From an uncultured delta proteobacterium (GTDB lineage: Bacteria > Myxococcota > Kuafuiibacteriia > Kuafuiibacteriales > Kuafuiibacteriaceae): a stretch of 64,000 bases of DNA. Under the pieces are notes generated by a model. That model saw only the letters and a program-made list of their open reading frames with translations, searched no databases and was not told the origin of the DNA. The position numbers and the translations under genes are program-made. Every line of letters begins with the position of its first letter. The first letter of the stretch is position 1. This document shows positions 25,252 to 34,272 of the stretch, piece by piece. Location of the stretch: assembly GCA_963803435.1 (NCBI GenBank), contig CAWDML010000003.1, positions 736,001-800,000 on the forward strand, given 5' to 3'.

Positions 25252-25809
25252 TCAGAGCCAGCCGAGTCGAACCAGCAGATAACAGAGGAGGAAACCGGCG
25301 ACCGCAGCGCCCGCGATCGGCCCCCACCGGAGGACGGCGGCCGGGATCGGGGTCTGGGCGGAGGCGGGCCGTGCGTGGGCGATCCCGCTCGCGCGGCGCG
25401 GGGTGGTCGCGACCTTGGTGTGGAACCCCTGCTGAGCGAGGTAGGCCTCGAGCTGCTCCTGCATCCGATCGTACTCGCCCTTCGAGACGTCGAACCCGCG
25501 CCCGTGCCGTTGAGAGAAGTGGGTCGACACCACCGCGTAGGTCCGGATCTCGGCCAGCTGCATGGCGACGTCGACGTACCCGCAGACCAGCCCGCCGCCG
25601 GTCGCCATCTCGTCCTTGGTCACGAGGAGGAGCGCCTGCCGGGCCTTGCGCCCGCCGTCGGTGCTCGGCCCGTCCGGCTCGGTGGCCCGCAGATAGCGCT
25701 TGGCCTCGGTCCCGAACGTCTTGGTGGCGAACTTCAGGTTGATCAGATCGCTGACCTGAGCGGCCTGACTCGCGTGATGAGTGCGCGAGCTGTCCGAAGT
25801 CATGCCCAT
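25252..25809 (-). CDS. Hypothetical protein with C-terminal TM helix
   Basis: MGMTSDSSRTHHA...GAAVAGFLLCYLLVRLGWL; coding-like composition. Confidence 0.68.
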   Translation of the reverse strand: MGMTSDSSRTHHASQAAQVSDLINLKFATKTFGTEAKRYLRATEPDGPSTDGGRKARQALLLVTKDEMATGGGLVCGYVDVAMQLAEIRTYAVVSTHFSQRHGRGFDVSKGEYDRMQEQLEAYLAQQGFHTKVATTPRRASGIAHARPASAQTPIPAAVLRWGPIAGAAVAGFLLCYLLVRLGWL

Positions 25810-25869
25810 GAGATAGCACGGCGCCGCCTCTAGGGAACAGCGCGCACCTTCGCTCCGGTTCAGCCTCCG

Positions 25870-26547
25870 ATGTACGCGCGCGTGGCCGCCCTCCTGATCG
25901 CACAGCTGGCGCTGCCGAGCCCTGCGGTCGCCGCCGACAGGCCGGTGCTGGTGGTGGTCCCGCTCGGCGGCGCCGACGAGGATCTCGTCCGCTTCGTGGC
26001 GGCATCGATCGAGCGTCGGTTCGAGCTCGTGGTCCGCGTCGCTGATCCGATCGCGCTCCCGCCGGCGGCCTGGTATGCGCCGCGCAAGCGCTGGCGCGCC
26101 GAGAAGATCCTCGACCACCTCGACGGGCTGAACTTCGGTCCGGACGTGTGGCGCGTTGCCGCGATCACCGAGGCGCCGATCTCCACCACCAAGGGCGTGG
26201 TCCAGGACTGGGGCATCGCCGGCCTCGGGTCGCTCGGGGGCAAGAGCAGCGTCTTCACCTCTTACCTGTTCCGCGGCTACCGAAAGAGGGAGCGGGAGAG
26301 CTACCTGCGATTCATGGAGAACCTGGTGCTCCATGAGGTCGGTCATACGCTCGGGCTGCCGCACTGTCCGCTCGACCGCTGCTTGATGGCCGACGCCCAC
26401 GGCAACGCGGTCCGAGCCGCTCGGGTCTCGATCAACGAGTTCTGCCCCCGCTGCTGGGCGCGGATCCGGGAGCACCTGAAGTCCCGCGCGCCGCAGGGGA
26501 GCTGGACGAAGGCGGAGCTGGCGAAGATCGGCTTGCCGAGGTCGTGA
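25870..26547 (+). CDS. Archaemetzincin-like Zn metalloprotease (M54), secreted
   Basis: HEVGHTLGLPHC...CLM...FCPRC; signal peptide. Confidence 0.9.
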   Translation: MYARVAALLIAQLALPSPAVAADRPVLVVVPLGGADEDLVRFVAASIERRFELVVRVADPIALPPAAWYAPRKRWRAEKILDHLDGLNFGPDVWRVAAITEAPISTTKGVVQDWGIAGLGSLGGKSSVFTSYLFRGYRKRERESYLRFMENLVLHEVGHTLGLPHCPLDRCLMADAHGNAVRAARVSINEFCPRCWARIREHLKSRAPQGSWTKAELAKIGLPRS

Positions 26548-26569
26548 CGCGCGTGGTTCGCCGTGTCCC

Positions 26570-27058
26570 ATGGCGACGAAGATCGACCAGACCTTTCGCA
26601 TCGACGGCGCGGGCCCCCACGAAGTCATGGACATCATGCGAAACGCTGAGTTCATCGCGGAGTCGGAGAAGGCCCGCGACGCGCTCACGGTAAACGTCAC
26701 CAACCGCGAAGAGGACGAGCAGCGTCACGTCTTCGAGATCCACACCACGACGTACGCTCGTGGTGCCACCGGCATCGACAAGAGCAAGACGGAGGACAAC
26801 CGGACCGTCGTCACCTGGGATAAGACGCGCGAAACGGCGCGCTGGGACTGGTCGGGGCCGCACGGGAAGATGGCTCGGGTCTCGGGCACGCACGCGATCA
26901 CCGACAAGGGCGGGGCCGCGGAGCTGCGCATGACGATGGAGGTCGAGATCTCGATCCCGCTGGTGGGCAAGATGGTGGAGAAGAAGGTGAAGGCCGGCTT
27001 CGAGGAGAACTGGCCCACCTACGTCGAGCGCATCCGCAGCTGGATCGCGAAGGCCTGA
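26570..27058 (+). CDS. DUF2505/SRPBCC-fold protein
   Basis: 162 aa; C-terminal EVEISIPLVGKMVEK typical of DUF2505. Confidence 0.72.
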   Translation: MATKIDQTFRIDGAGPHEVMDIMRNAEFIAESEKARDALTVNVTNREEDEQRHVFEIHTTTYARGATGIDKSKTEDNRTVVTWDKTRETARWDWSGPHGKMARVSGTHAITDKGGAAELRMTMEVEISIPLVGKMVEKKVKAGFEENWPTYVERIRSWIAKA

Positions 27059-27576
27059 TGAGAGTCGCGCTCTTGGCCCTCGCCCTCGCTTCAGGCGCTT
27101 GCGCCGCGTCGGATGGCTCCGTCCGCCCGCCGTTCACCGCCGAGGAGATCCGCGACGCCACGCACGCCGGGCGCACGTACACTTGGCGTCTCTCGGCAGA
27201 GGGGCGCGTCTTCGTTCGCCGGCTGAAGTTCATCGAGGTCAGCAAAGACTCGGCCACGACCGAAGCCGTCAACCTCGGGCCCAACGGCGCTGCGATGAGC
27301 GAGCCCGAGGTCAAGACGACCACCTGGCCCGAGTTCGTGAAGCACGCCGCTTGGCCGAAGGACGGCACGGTCATCACGGAGGATCGGATCACGGTGCCCG
27401 CAGGCGCCTTCGATTGCCTCCTCTACACGATCACCGAGACGCGGGACGGCAAGCCGACCGTCACCCGGGCCTGGTTCGCGAAAGACCTGCCGGGTGCGCC
27501 GGTGAAGATGATCGTGGAGGTCGGCGGCACCCTGGTGACCCAGCTGGAGCTCCTGGAGCACCAGGCTGGATACTGA
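27058..27576 (+). CDS. Hypothetical lipoprotein (beta-rich)
   Basis: SGAC lipobox; ITVPAGAFDC and WFAKDLPG motifs; TGATG coupling. Confidence 0.72.
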   Translation: MRVALLALALASGACAASDGSVRPPFTAEEIRDATHAGRTYTWRLSAEGRVFVRRLKFIEVSKDSATTEAVNLGPNGAAMSEPEVKTTTWPEFVKHAAWPKDGTVITEDRITVPAGAFDCLLYTITETRDGKPTVTRAWFAKDLPGAPVKMIVEVGGTLVTQLELLEHQAGY

Positions 27577-27943
27577 TGTTTGGCGCGACGCTCACCACGA
27601 TCCTCCAGCAGCCCGGGCCGCCGGCGCCGTCCATGCAGGCTTCGTCCTTTTCTCCGCCTCCCGGGCGCCTTGGTGAACGTGCCGTGGCGACGTTCGCGTC
27701 GGTATGGGGAACCCAGGAGACGCTCTCGGCGCTTCACCTCGGATCAGATCGCCGCGTTGTTGGGTCGAGGTGACGCGGGTTTTTCTTGCGACATCAAACA
27801 TCGACCTCGTCATGGTTCTCTTCGAGCAATGGTCGCGTGTGCGTGATTGTGTTCCGAACCGTGGCTGGCGGGGCGAGCCGTTCACATGGACCCCGTGCGT
27901 CAACTTGAATCAAATCCGGGGACTGCGATACACGTCATGGACT

Positions 27944-28690
27944 GTGTTCGCACTTCTCGAACCATCGGTTCGGACGATCAAACCTCGTACTGACGGCGTC
28001 ACGATGGTTTTGGACGTTGGGATGGGACCGAACGCCGTACGAGATCTGGCCGCGGTCTCGGGCGCGCATTGCGACTACGCGAAGATCGCGTGGGGCAGCG
28101 CGCTCATCACCGAGAACCTGGAAGAAAAGCTCGCGCTGTATCGTGACCTGGGTATCACGCCGATGTTCGGCGGGACGCTCTTCGAGTACGCGCATCTCCG
28201 CGGTCGCACCGAAGAGCTCTTTCAGCTCGTCACGCGTCTGCATTGCCACGTGGAGATCTCGGACGGCGTCGCACAGATCCCGAGGGACGAGAAGCTCCGG
28301 TGGATCGAGAAGTTCGCGAAACACGTGGATGTCTTCTCGGAGATCGGTCGCAAGCGCGGCCAGGTCACGTACGACTGGCGCCGCGAGATCGCTGACAATC
28401 TGGAGGCGGGCGCGAAGAAGATCGTCATCGAAGGCCGAGAGATCGGACCGGTAGGGCAGGAGATTCGAGTGGATCTGGTGGAGCACTTGCTCGAGATCGC
28501 GGACGTGAAGGTGCTGATTTTCGAGGCGCTCGAGCGGCCTCAACAAGTCTTTCTCATCAAGAAGGTGGGACCCAACGTCAATTTGGGCAACATCAGGCCT
28601 GGAGATCTGCATACGCTTGAGTCTTTCCGACGGGGGCTCAAGGAACACACGCTTCTCTGGGGGGCAGGCGTTCGGGAAGAGTCTCGATGA
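27944..28690 (+). CDS. comA: Phosphosulfolactate synthase (ComA family); start uncertain (GTG 27944, or ATG 27937 with an indel)
   Basis: KPRTDGVTMVLD.G, DYAKIAWGS, GGTLFE, VEISDG, SEIGRK, IVIEGRE, IFEA, GPNVNLGNI, LES.RRGL. Confidence 0.9.
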   Translation: MFALLEPSVRTIKPRTDGVTMVLDVGMGPNAVRDLAAVSGAHCDYAKIAWGSALITENLEEKLALYRDLGITPMFGGTLFEYAHLRGRTEELFQLVTRLHCHVEISDGVAQIPRDEKLRWIEKFAKHVDVFSEIGRKRGQVTYDWRREIADNLEAGAKKIVIEGREIGPVGQEIRVDLVEHLLEIADVKVLIFEALERPQQVFLIKKVGPNVNLGNIRPGDLHTLESFRRGLKEHTLLWGAGVREESR

Positions 28691-30334
28691 CGACCGAGGC
28701 CCCGGCCGCCCCCAGCGATAGCTCCGACCTGCAAGGTCCCATCACGGTCAACACGCTCGAGCGTGGGGGCGTCGTCTCTTTCTGTCCGATCGCATCCGCA
28801 GTTGGTCAGAGAGTTCTAGAGGACGGCGGCAACGCGGTCGACGCGGCCGTCGCCACCGCGTTCGCGATGGCGGTGACGTATCCGCAGGCCGGCAACCTCG
28901 GTGGCGGCGGCATCCTGATGGTCCACGATCGCTCCGGCGAGACGAATTGTCTCGACTTCCGTGAGACCGCACCGAACGCCGCCACGCCCGACGTCTTCTC
29001 CACCCACGCCATGTCGATCCGCGGCGCCCGCGCCGCCGGAGTTCCCGCGACCGTCGCGGGGATGGCCGAGCTCCTCCGAAGATTCGGGAGCTGGAGCTGG
29101 AGCGACCTGGTGGCGCCGGCGATCGATCTCGCTGCGTACGGCAACTGGGTGACCTCGAGACAGGCGGCCTACTTCAGCAGCTACGCGACCGAGCTCGCCC
29201 GCTTTCCTTCCACCGTGAGCGCTTTCTTCCCCTCCGGTGCGCCGCCGCGCCCGGGATCGCTGCTGCGGCAGCCGGTCCTCGCGGAGACTTTCCGTATGCT
29301 GGCGGAGGAGGGTCCGAGCTGCTTCTACCAGGGCCTGATCGCCGAACGGCTCATCAGGAACGTCGAGGAAGCAGGCGGCTTGATGACGCGCGAGGACCTC
29401 TCGTCGTACCAGCCGCAGTGGCGCCGTCCCGCGCGGCGGACGGTCTTCGGTCACGAGTTGATGAGCGCCCCGCTCCCCTCGGGGGGCGGCTTCGTCATCG
29501 GAGTGACCCTCGGCCTGCTCGAGTCGGCGGGGGGCTGCGCGCCAGGCCTCGACGATCTCCACGCGGCTCATCCTGACCGTCCGCGCGCTTCGGGTCGCAT
29601 TCGCGCTCCGGCGGAACCTTCTCGGCGATCCGGACGGCCTGCCGCCGGACGAGCTCGAAGCGGTCTACGAGCTGACGGAGCGATTGTTCCTGCCCGGGTC
29701 GCTCGAGACGTTCGAGGACTGGCTTCGCGGAAAGCCCGATGCGCCTCCGCTGGCCGAAGGCAACTCGACCACACACTTCTGCGTCATCGACAAGCACGGG
29801 AACGCGGTGTCGTGCACGTACAGCCTCAACACGCTCTTCGGGTCCAAGTTCGTCGCGCACGACACTGGAATCCTCCTCAACAACACGCTCGACGACTTCT
29901 GCATCAAAGAAGGCCGGGCAAACTGGTACGCGCTGCTCGAAGGCAAGAAGAACCGGATCCATCCCGGCCGTCGGCCCGTCGGTTCCATGTCACCGACGAT
30001 CGCGCTCCGCGACCGGAAGGTTGCCTTCCTGATCGGCGCCGCCGGCGGACCACGCATCCCGAGCTTGGTCGCGCAGGTGACCCATTCGATGTTCACACGA
30101 GGCGTGAGCCTCGCCGACGCGGTCTGGTTTCCGCGCGTGCATCACCAGTACGTCCCGGATCGGATCCTCGTGGAGGCCGCGCTCCCCGAGCACCTCAGGG
30201 AGGGCCTGGCGCAGAGCGGGTTCGAGGTCGAGGAGCAGCGCAACCTGGGCATCGCCTCCGCGCTCTACGTCGACCCGAAGACAGGCGCCTTCTCCGCGGT
30301 CCTCGACCCGCGCTTCTCGCACTTCACGCCCTAA
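28687..30334 (+). CDS. ggt: Gamma-glutamyltransferase, +1 frameshift in a G-run at 29529-29534
   Basis: GGNAVDAAVA, PQAGNLGGGG, DFRETAP, GVPATVAG; second frame LLGDPD, catalytic STTHFCVIDKHGN, LLNNTLDDF, SMSPT, GGPRI, PRVHHQ. Confidence 0.9.
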
Positions 30335-30627
30335 GAACCGGTCGTTCCGTTCGCTATTCCATGTTGCACTTGTTCTGGCATTCGCTGGTCGATCGAGCGA
30401 GCTCCATGCCCACTGTAGGCCGCGCCGCTTGTCGTCGTACCGAAGCCGCTCCGCAAAGATCGATTCTCCTCCAAAGCGCATCCGGTCGGTTCGCGAGCTT
30501 CGCTTCCACCTCTCCATCGCAGTGATCTCGACACGCTTCTGCAAGAGCGTTCCGTCTCCATGAACAGCGAATGCCAGAACGCCGAAACACGGAACAGGGA
30601 ACGATTCGGAGGTTTTCGGACCGGTTC
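30335..30627. mobile_element. MITE-like non-autonomous element (~293 bp)
   Basis: Terminal inverted repeats GAACCGGTC/GACCGGTTC plus subterminal inverted GTTCTGGCATTCGCTG; flanks TAA and TAT; second partial copy at 24006. Confidence 0.72.
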
Positions 30628-30638
30628 TATGGGAGACG

Positions 30639-30680
30639 ATGACTCGTAGGCGAAGGCGCGTTATCACCATCCAACACTGA
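30639..30680 (+). CDS. Candidate 13-aa micro-ORF MTRRRRRVITIQH, translationally coupled to comB
   Basis: GGGAG upstream; TGA overlaps the comB ATG (TGATG); comB has no SD of its own. Confidence 0.4.
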   Translation: MTRRRRRVITIQH

Positions 30681-31378
30681 TGCAGATCGAATGTTGTCAC
30701 CCGGCGCGGCTCCCTGGGCACCACCTCGGAACGGCCGTCGTCATCGATGTACTCAGGGCCACCTCCACCGCGACGATCCTCATCGCTCGCGGCGCGACGC
30801 GGATGTTCGCGGTCGAGACGCCCGGCGACATCCAGGGCGTGACCGGCGGGATTGAGGAACGGTTCCTCATCGTCAGCGAGCTCGAGGAGATCGAGCCGGG
30901 GCCGCACCGCATCGATAACTCCCCCACCACCGCGAGGCATATCGATCTGGCGGGCCGGGTTCCGATCCTGGTGACCACCAATGGCACGCGTGCGCTCGGG
31001 GCCGCGGTGCGTTGCTCAGACGTCGTGTTGATCGCGAGCTTCCTCAACCTCGCGAGCGTCGCAGAACATCTGAAGCGGGCGGCGCCGCGCCGCGTGACCT
31101 TGCTGCCAGCGGGTAAGTTCGCCGACGTCAGCGGGCGGATCGAGGACGACCTATGCGCCGAGATGCTTCACCGTGTGCTGGTAGGCGACGACCCGGACGA
31201 GGAGGCCGTCTTCCGCCGCATCCGGGAGGACGCGAACGTGCAGCGCCGGCTCCAGCGTCCCGGCTTCGCAGCAGACCTGGACCTCGCGCTCACCCCGAAC
31301 CTGTGTGATGTCGTCCCCTTCGTACCGAGAGAAAATGGCTCGATCTTCGCGAACGCCTGTCTGATTCAACCGCTCTAG
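30680..31378 (+). CDS. comB: 2-phosphosulfolactate phosphatase (ComB family)
   Basis: AVVIDVLRATST, DNSP, TTNGTRAL, ASFLN, IEDDLCA. Confidence 0.9.
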   Translation: MQIECCHPARLPGHHLGTAVVIDVLRATSTATILIARGATRMFAVETPGDIQGVTGGIEERFLIVSELEEIEPGPHRIDNSPTTARHIDLAGRVPILVTTNGTRALGAAVRCSDVVLIASFLNLASVAEHLKRAAPRRVTLLPAGKFADVSGRIEDDLCAEMLHRVLVGDDPDEEAVFRRIREDANVQRRLQRPGFAADLDLALTPNLCDVVPFVPRENGSIFANACLIQPL

Positions 31379-31534
31379 GCTGATCTCCCCACCGAACCGC
31401 ACGCAACCCAGCTTGCGGTGTTCCCCACCATATTCAACTCCTAGAAGCCGAGTCGGTAAAACGTACTCAGGTCGGTGCTTCTGGAGCACATTGTCAGCAC
31501 TGTCGAGTTCGTGTGAAGGTGCGCCAGGCACCCG

Positions 31535-32722
31535 ATGGGACTGGAAGATCTGCTGGAGCGGCTCGCTCAGGGGGCGGACGCGTGGAACGCCTGGCGCCTG
31601 GCGTCGGGGAGTGTTGCGCTCGATCTGAGCGGGGCCAAGCTCCGCAGAGCGCGCTTGAGTCGCGTCGATCTGAGGGGCGCAGACCTGACCGAGGCCGATC
31701 TGGACGGCGCACTGTTGTTCGGCGCCAACCTATGTGGGGCTTGCCTTCGGGGCGCGCGCTTCTACGTCGCCAACCTCTGCGGGGCCGATCTCAAGGGCGC
31801 CGATCTCAGATCGACCTACCTGAGGGGCGCCGATCTCAGAGACGCAGATCTCCGCCGCGCCGACCTCCGCGACGCCGACTTCCGCGGCGCCAACCTGCGC
31901 TACGCTGATCTCCGCCACGCCAACCTGCACGGCGCCGACCTGCGGGACGCCGACCTTCGGGATACCGACCTTCACGGCGTCGATCTGTCCCACGTGATGA
32001 AGTCGAGCTCGTTGCTCGAGAACGCCCCGCTCGTGGAGCAAGAGACCCCGATGGACCGTGTTCGGCGGCTCGGTGGTGCCGCCAAGTTGACCATCGAGTC
32101 GGAGCACGCCGAGATCCTCGGCGAGGCGGTGCTGAATCGCCTGCGCCAAGCCCTCGTCCAGCCGCTCCACATGACGGAGACCGAGCTCACCGACGCTTCC
32201 CATGCCTGCTGGCGCTATACCCAGTTCCGGGAGGGCCACCCCAAGCGGCGCTGGCCCTTACTCACGATGGTGGCGTTCATCGAGGCGATCAAACCGCACC
32301 TCATGTTCCGGTCGTGGGCCGCGGTTCACGAAGAGCCGTTTTACGGGATCACCGCGCTCTGCGAGAGCCTGCACGATCTCTTTGGTCGCGACTTCTTCAT
32401 GGGTCGAGAGCTGTCGCAGTCGATCCCGAGGGGGCTGTCGTTCGGAGACATTCTTCAGCGGATGGGCGCGGTCAGCGACAATGACCTCAGGGAGGCTCGC
32501 ACGCTACGTGCGGAGATCGAGCAGGCCATCAAGGTCCGTCTCTTTCTCGGTACCCTGCTGGTGCGAAGCTCTCTGATCACGCTCGGTGAGTATTATCAGG
32601 CGCTCGCGACCCACTATGGTGTGCCGTTCACGGGGCTCAATGATGAGACGGTGGAACGGATTGCCGGCGAGTGGGCCGAGTTCAGCGATCTGCAGACGCG
32701 GACGATCGGCCCGGGCTTCTGA
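31535..32722 (+). CDS. Pentapeptide-repeat protein with C-terminal MshEN/GSPII_N-like domain
   Basis: GADAWNAWR cap, ~24 A(D/N)LxG repeats; C-terminus FGDILQRMGAVS..L / LGTLLVRSSLIT..YYQALATHYGVPF. Confidence 0.85.
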   Translation: MGLEDLLERLAQGADAWNAWRLASGSVALDLSGAKLRRARLSRVDLRGADLTEADLDGALLFGANLCGACLRGARFYVANLCGADLKGADLRSTYLRGADLRDADLRRADLRDADFRGANLRYADLRHANLHGADLRDADLRDTDLHGVDLSHVMKSSSLLENAPLVEQETPMDRVRRLGGAAKLTIESEHAEILGEAVLNRLRQALVQPLHMTETELTDASHACWRYTQFREGHPKRRWPLLTMVAFIEAIKPHLMFRSWAAVHEEPFYGITALCESLHDLFGRDFFMGRELSQSIPRGLSFGDILQRMGAVSDNDLREARTLRAEIEQAIKVRLFLGTLLVRSSLITLGEYYQALATHYGVPFTGLNDETVERIAGEWAEFSDLQTRTIGPGF

Positions 32723-32871
32723 TTGAGTGTGGACTCGACCCACACGTGGACGAACTCGCGGTCGTCGAGAAACGCGCTGGTACGCGCGACTACCTTTCGG
32801 CAGCCGGAGCGCTGATCATGTTTCGTTAGGAACCCATCGATCCACACTTCTGGTCAGATCTCCCCACGACG

Positions 32872-34272
32872 TTGTTTCTGGAAAGGCCGGATCTTGCGAA
32901 GCAGCGCGATGCGCCCCTAGGATCGGAGGTGACTTGGTGCAACCTCGATCGTGATTTCGATGAGCTGATCGAACGACACCCCGACCAAGCCCACCGCAGC
33001 TGGGCACGGATGCAAGAGGCGATCGCGAGCGACGGGATCAAGTTCGGTGATGTCGCTCTCCCGGCGTGTCTGAAACCTCACTTCATCCCGCACCACGTCC
33101 ACACTCGCTGGGTGGACAGCGCGGAGGCGCTCTCTGCGCTGCTCGAAGATTTTGGATCTCTCCTGTTCCGAGAGAAAGACCTGCGCGACCGGCTTCGACT
33201 TCCGGAGCCCGCCGAGGAGCTGCTGGCGATCGACCCGGGATATGACCGTTTGGCCATCATCTGCCGGCCCGATTGCGTTTGGCGAGACACCAAGCTCTCG
33301 GTGCTCGAGATCAACAGCGACAGTCCGGCGATGATGACCTTCGCCGATTATCTCGAGCGTCTGACGCAGGGGCTGTTTCCTACGCTCCAGCTGCGAAGTG
33401 GGAGGAGCCCTCAACCGGCGAATAGGACCGGCCTCCTGCACCGCGCGTTGGTCGAGTGTTTTCATCAGTGGGGCGGAAAGGGCACTCCCACGATCGCGAT
33501 CGTCGACTGGAACGACGTCAAGACGCTTCACGAGCAACATCAGACCGCAAGTGAGTTCCGACTCCGCGGCAGCGAGTGCATCGTCTGCGATCCTCGCGAG
33601 CTCGCGATCGAGGGGGGCCGACTGGTCGCCCAGGGCCGGGCGATCGACGTCGTCTATCGGCGCGTGCTGTTCATGGACTTCATCAACCGCGCTCATGAGC
33701 TGGAGCCGCTGATCCGGGCCTACCGCGAGGGGCTTGTCTGCATGGCGAACTCTTTGCGCTCGTTCGTCGTCGGGAACAAGGGCGTGCTGGCGCTTCTGCA
33801 CGACCCGACGGTGCTCGCTCACCTGACCCCGAGCCAACGAGCGGTCGTCGCGAACGTGATCTCTCCAACGGTCCTGCTGGACGCCCACTCCTTGAAGCAA
33901 GTCCGCGCCGAACGCGGCAGCTGGGTGCTGAAGGGCGCCTTCGGTTACGGCGGACGCGAGGTGGTCATCGGGCGTGAGGTCGGCCAGTCCGCGTGGGAGG
34001 ATGTGCTCCGCGCGGCCGGTCATCAGACATGGATTGCACAGGAGTTCCAAAGCCCGCCGCAGTACCGGGTCCCCACGTTCGATGGCCAGAGCGTGTCGTT
34101 CGCGAGCCGCTACGCGAACTGGAACCCATGGATGTTCGGCGGGCGGTTCGCGGGCGGGATGACGCGCACGAGCAGCTCGACAATCGTGAGCATCACCCAG
34201 CACGGCGCGCTCCTCCCCAGCATCGCGACTGAGGACCTCCACATCGAGAACCCGGTCGCGCTCCAGCCATGA
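32872..34272 (+). CDS. Circularly permuted ATP-grasp peptide ligase (glutathionylspermidine synthase/CP_ATPgrasp-like); start uncertain
   Basis: RPD, LEINSDSPA, DVVYRR, NKGVLALL, WVLKGAFGYGG..V.IG, WIAQEF. Confidence 0.85.
   Translation: MFLERPDLAKQRDAPLGSEVTWCNLDRDFDELIERHPDQAHRSWARMQEAIASDGIKFGDVALPACLKPHFIPHHVHTRWVDSAEALSALLEDFGSLLFREKDLRDRLRLPEPAEELLAIDPGYDRLAIICRPDCVWRDTKLSVLEINSDSPAMMTFADYLERLTQGLFPTLQLRSGRSPQPANRTGLLHRALVECFHQWGGKGTPTIAIVDWNDVKTLHEQHQTASEFRLRGSECIVCDPRELAIEGGRLVAQGRAIDVVYRRVLFMDFINRAHELEPLIRAYREGLVCMANSLRSFVVGNKGVLALLHDPTVLAHLTPSQRAVVANVISPTVLLDAHSLKQVRAERGSWVLKGAFGYGGREVVIGREVGQSAWEDVLRAAGHQTWIAQEFQSPPQYRVPTFDGQSVSFASRYANWNPWMFGGRFAGGMTRTSSSTIVSITQHGALLPSIATEDLHIENPVALQP

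Noticed and set aside
30400-30560. Transposase remnant inside the 30335 MITE (ERWK...ESIFA.RLRYDDK on the minus strand)
   Set aside because: Only a faint resemblance to IS5-type C-termini; cannot be supported without a profile search.
27944-31378. Canonical coenzyme M pathway
   Set aside because: No ComC, ComD/E or bacterial xcb genes, and no CoM-using enzymes are visible; the ThDP enzyme is HACL/OXC-type.
31438-31486. Hairpin CTCC(T)AGAAGC...GCTTCTGGAG upstream of the pentapeptide gene as a riboswitch or ncRNA
   Set aside because: No recognisable aptamer consensus and only one sequence, so there is no covariation support; it would need an Infernal/Rfam search.
31620-31990. 15-bp periodic DNA repeats resembling an array
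   Set aside because: They encode the pentapeptide repeats; there are no spacers or cas genes, so this is not CRISPR.
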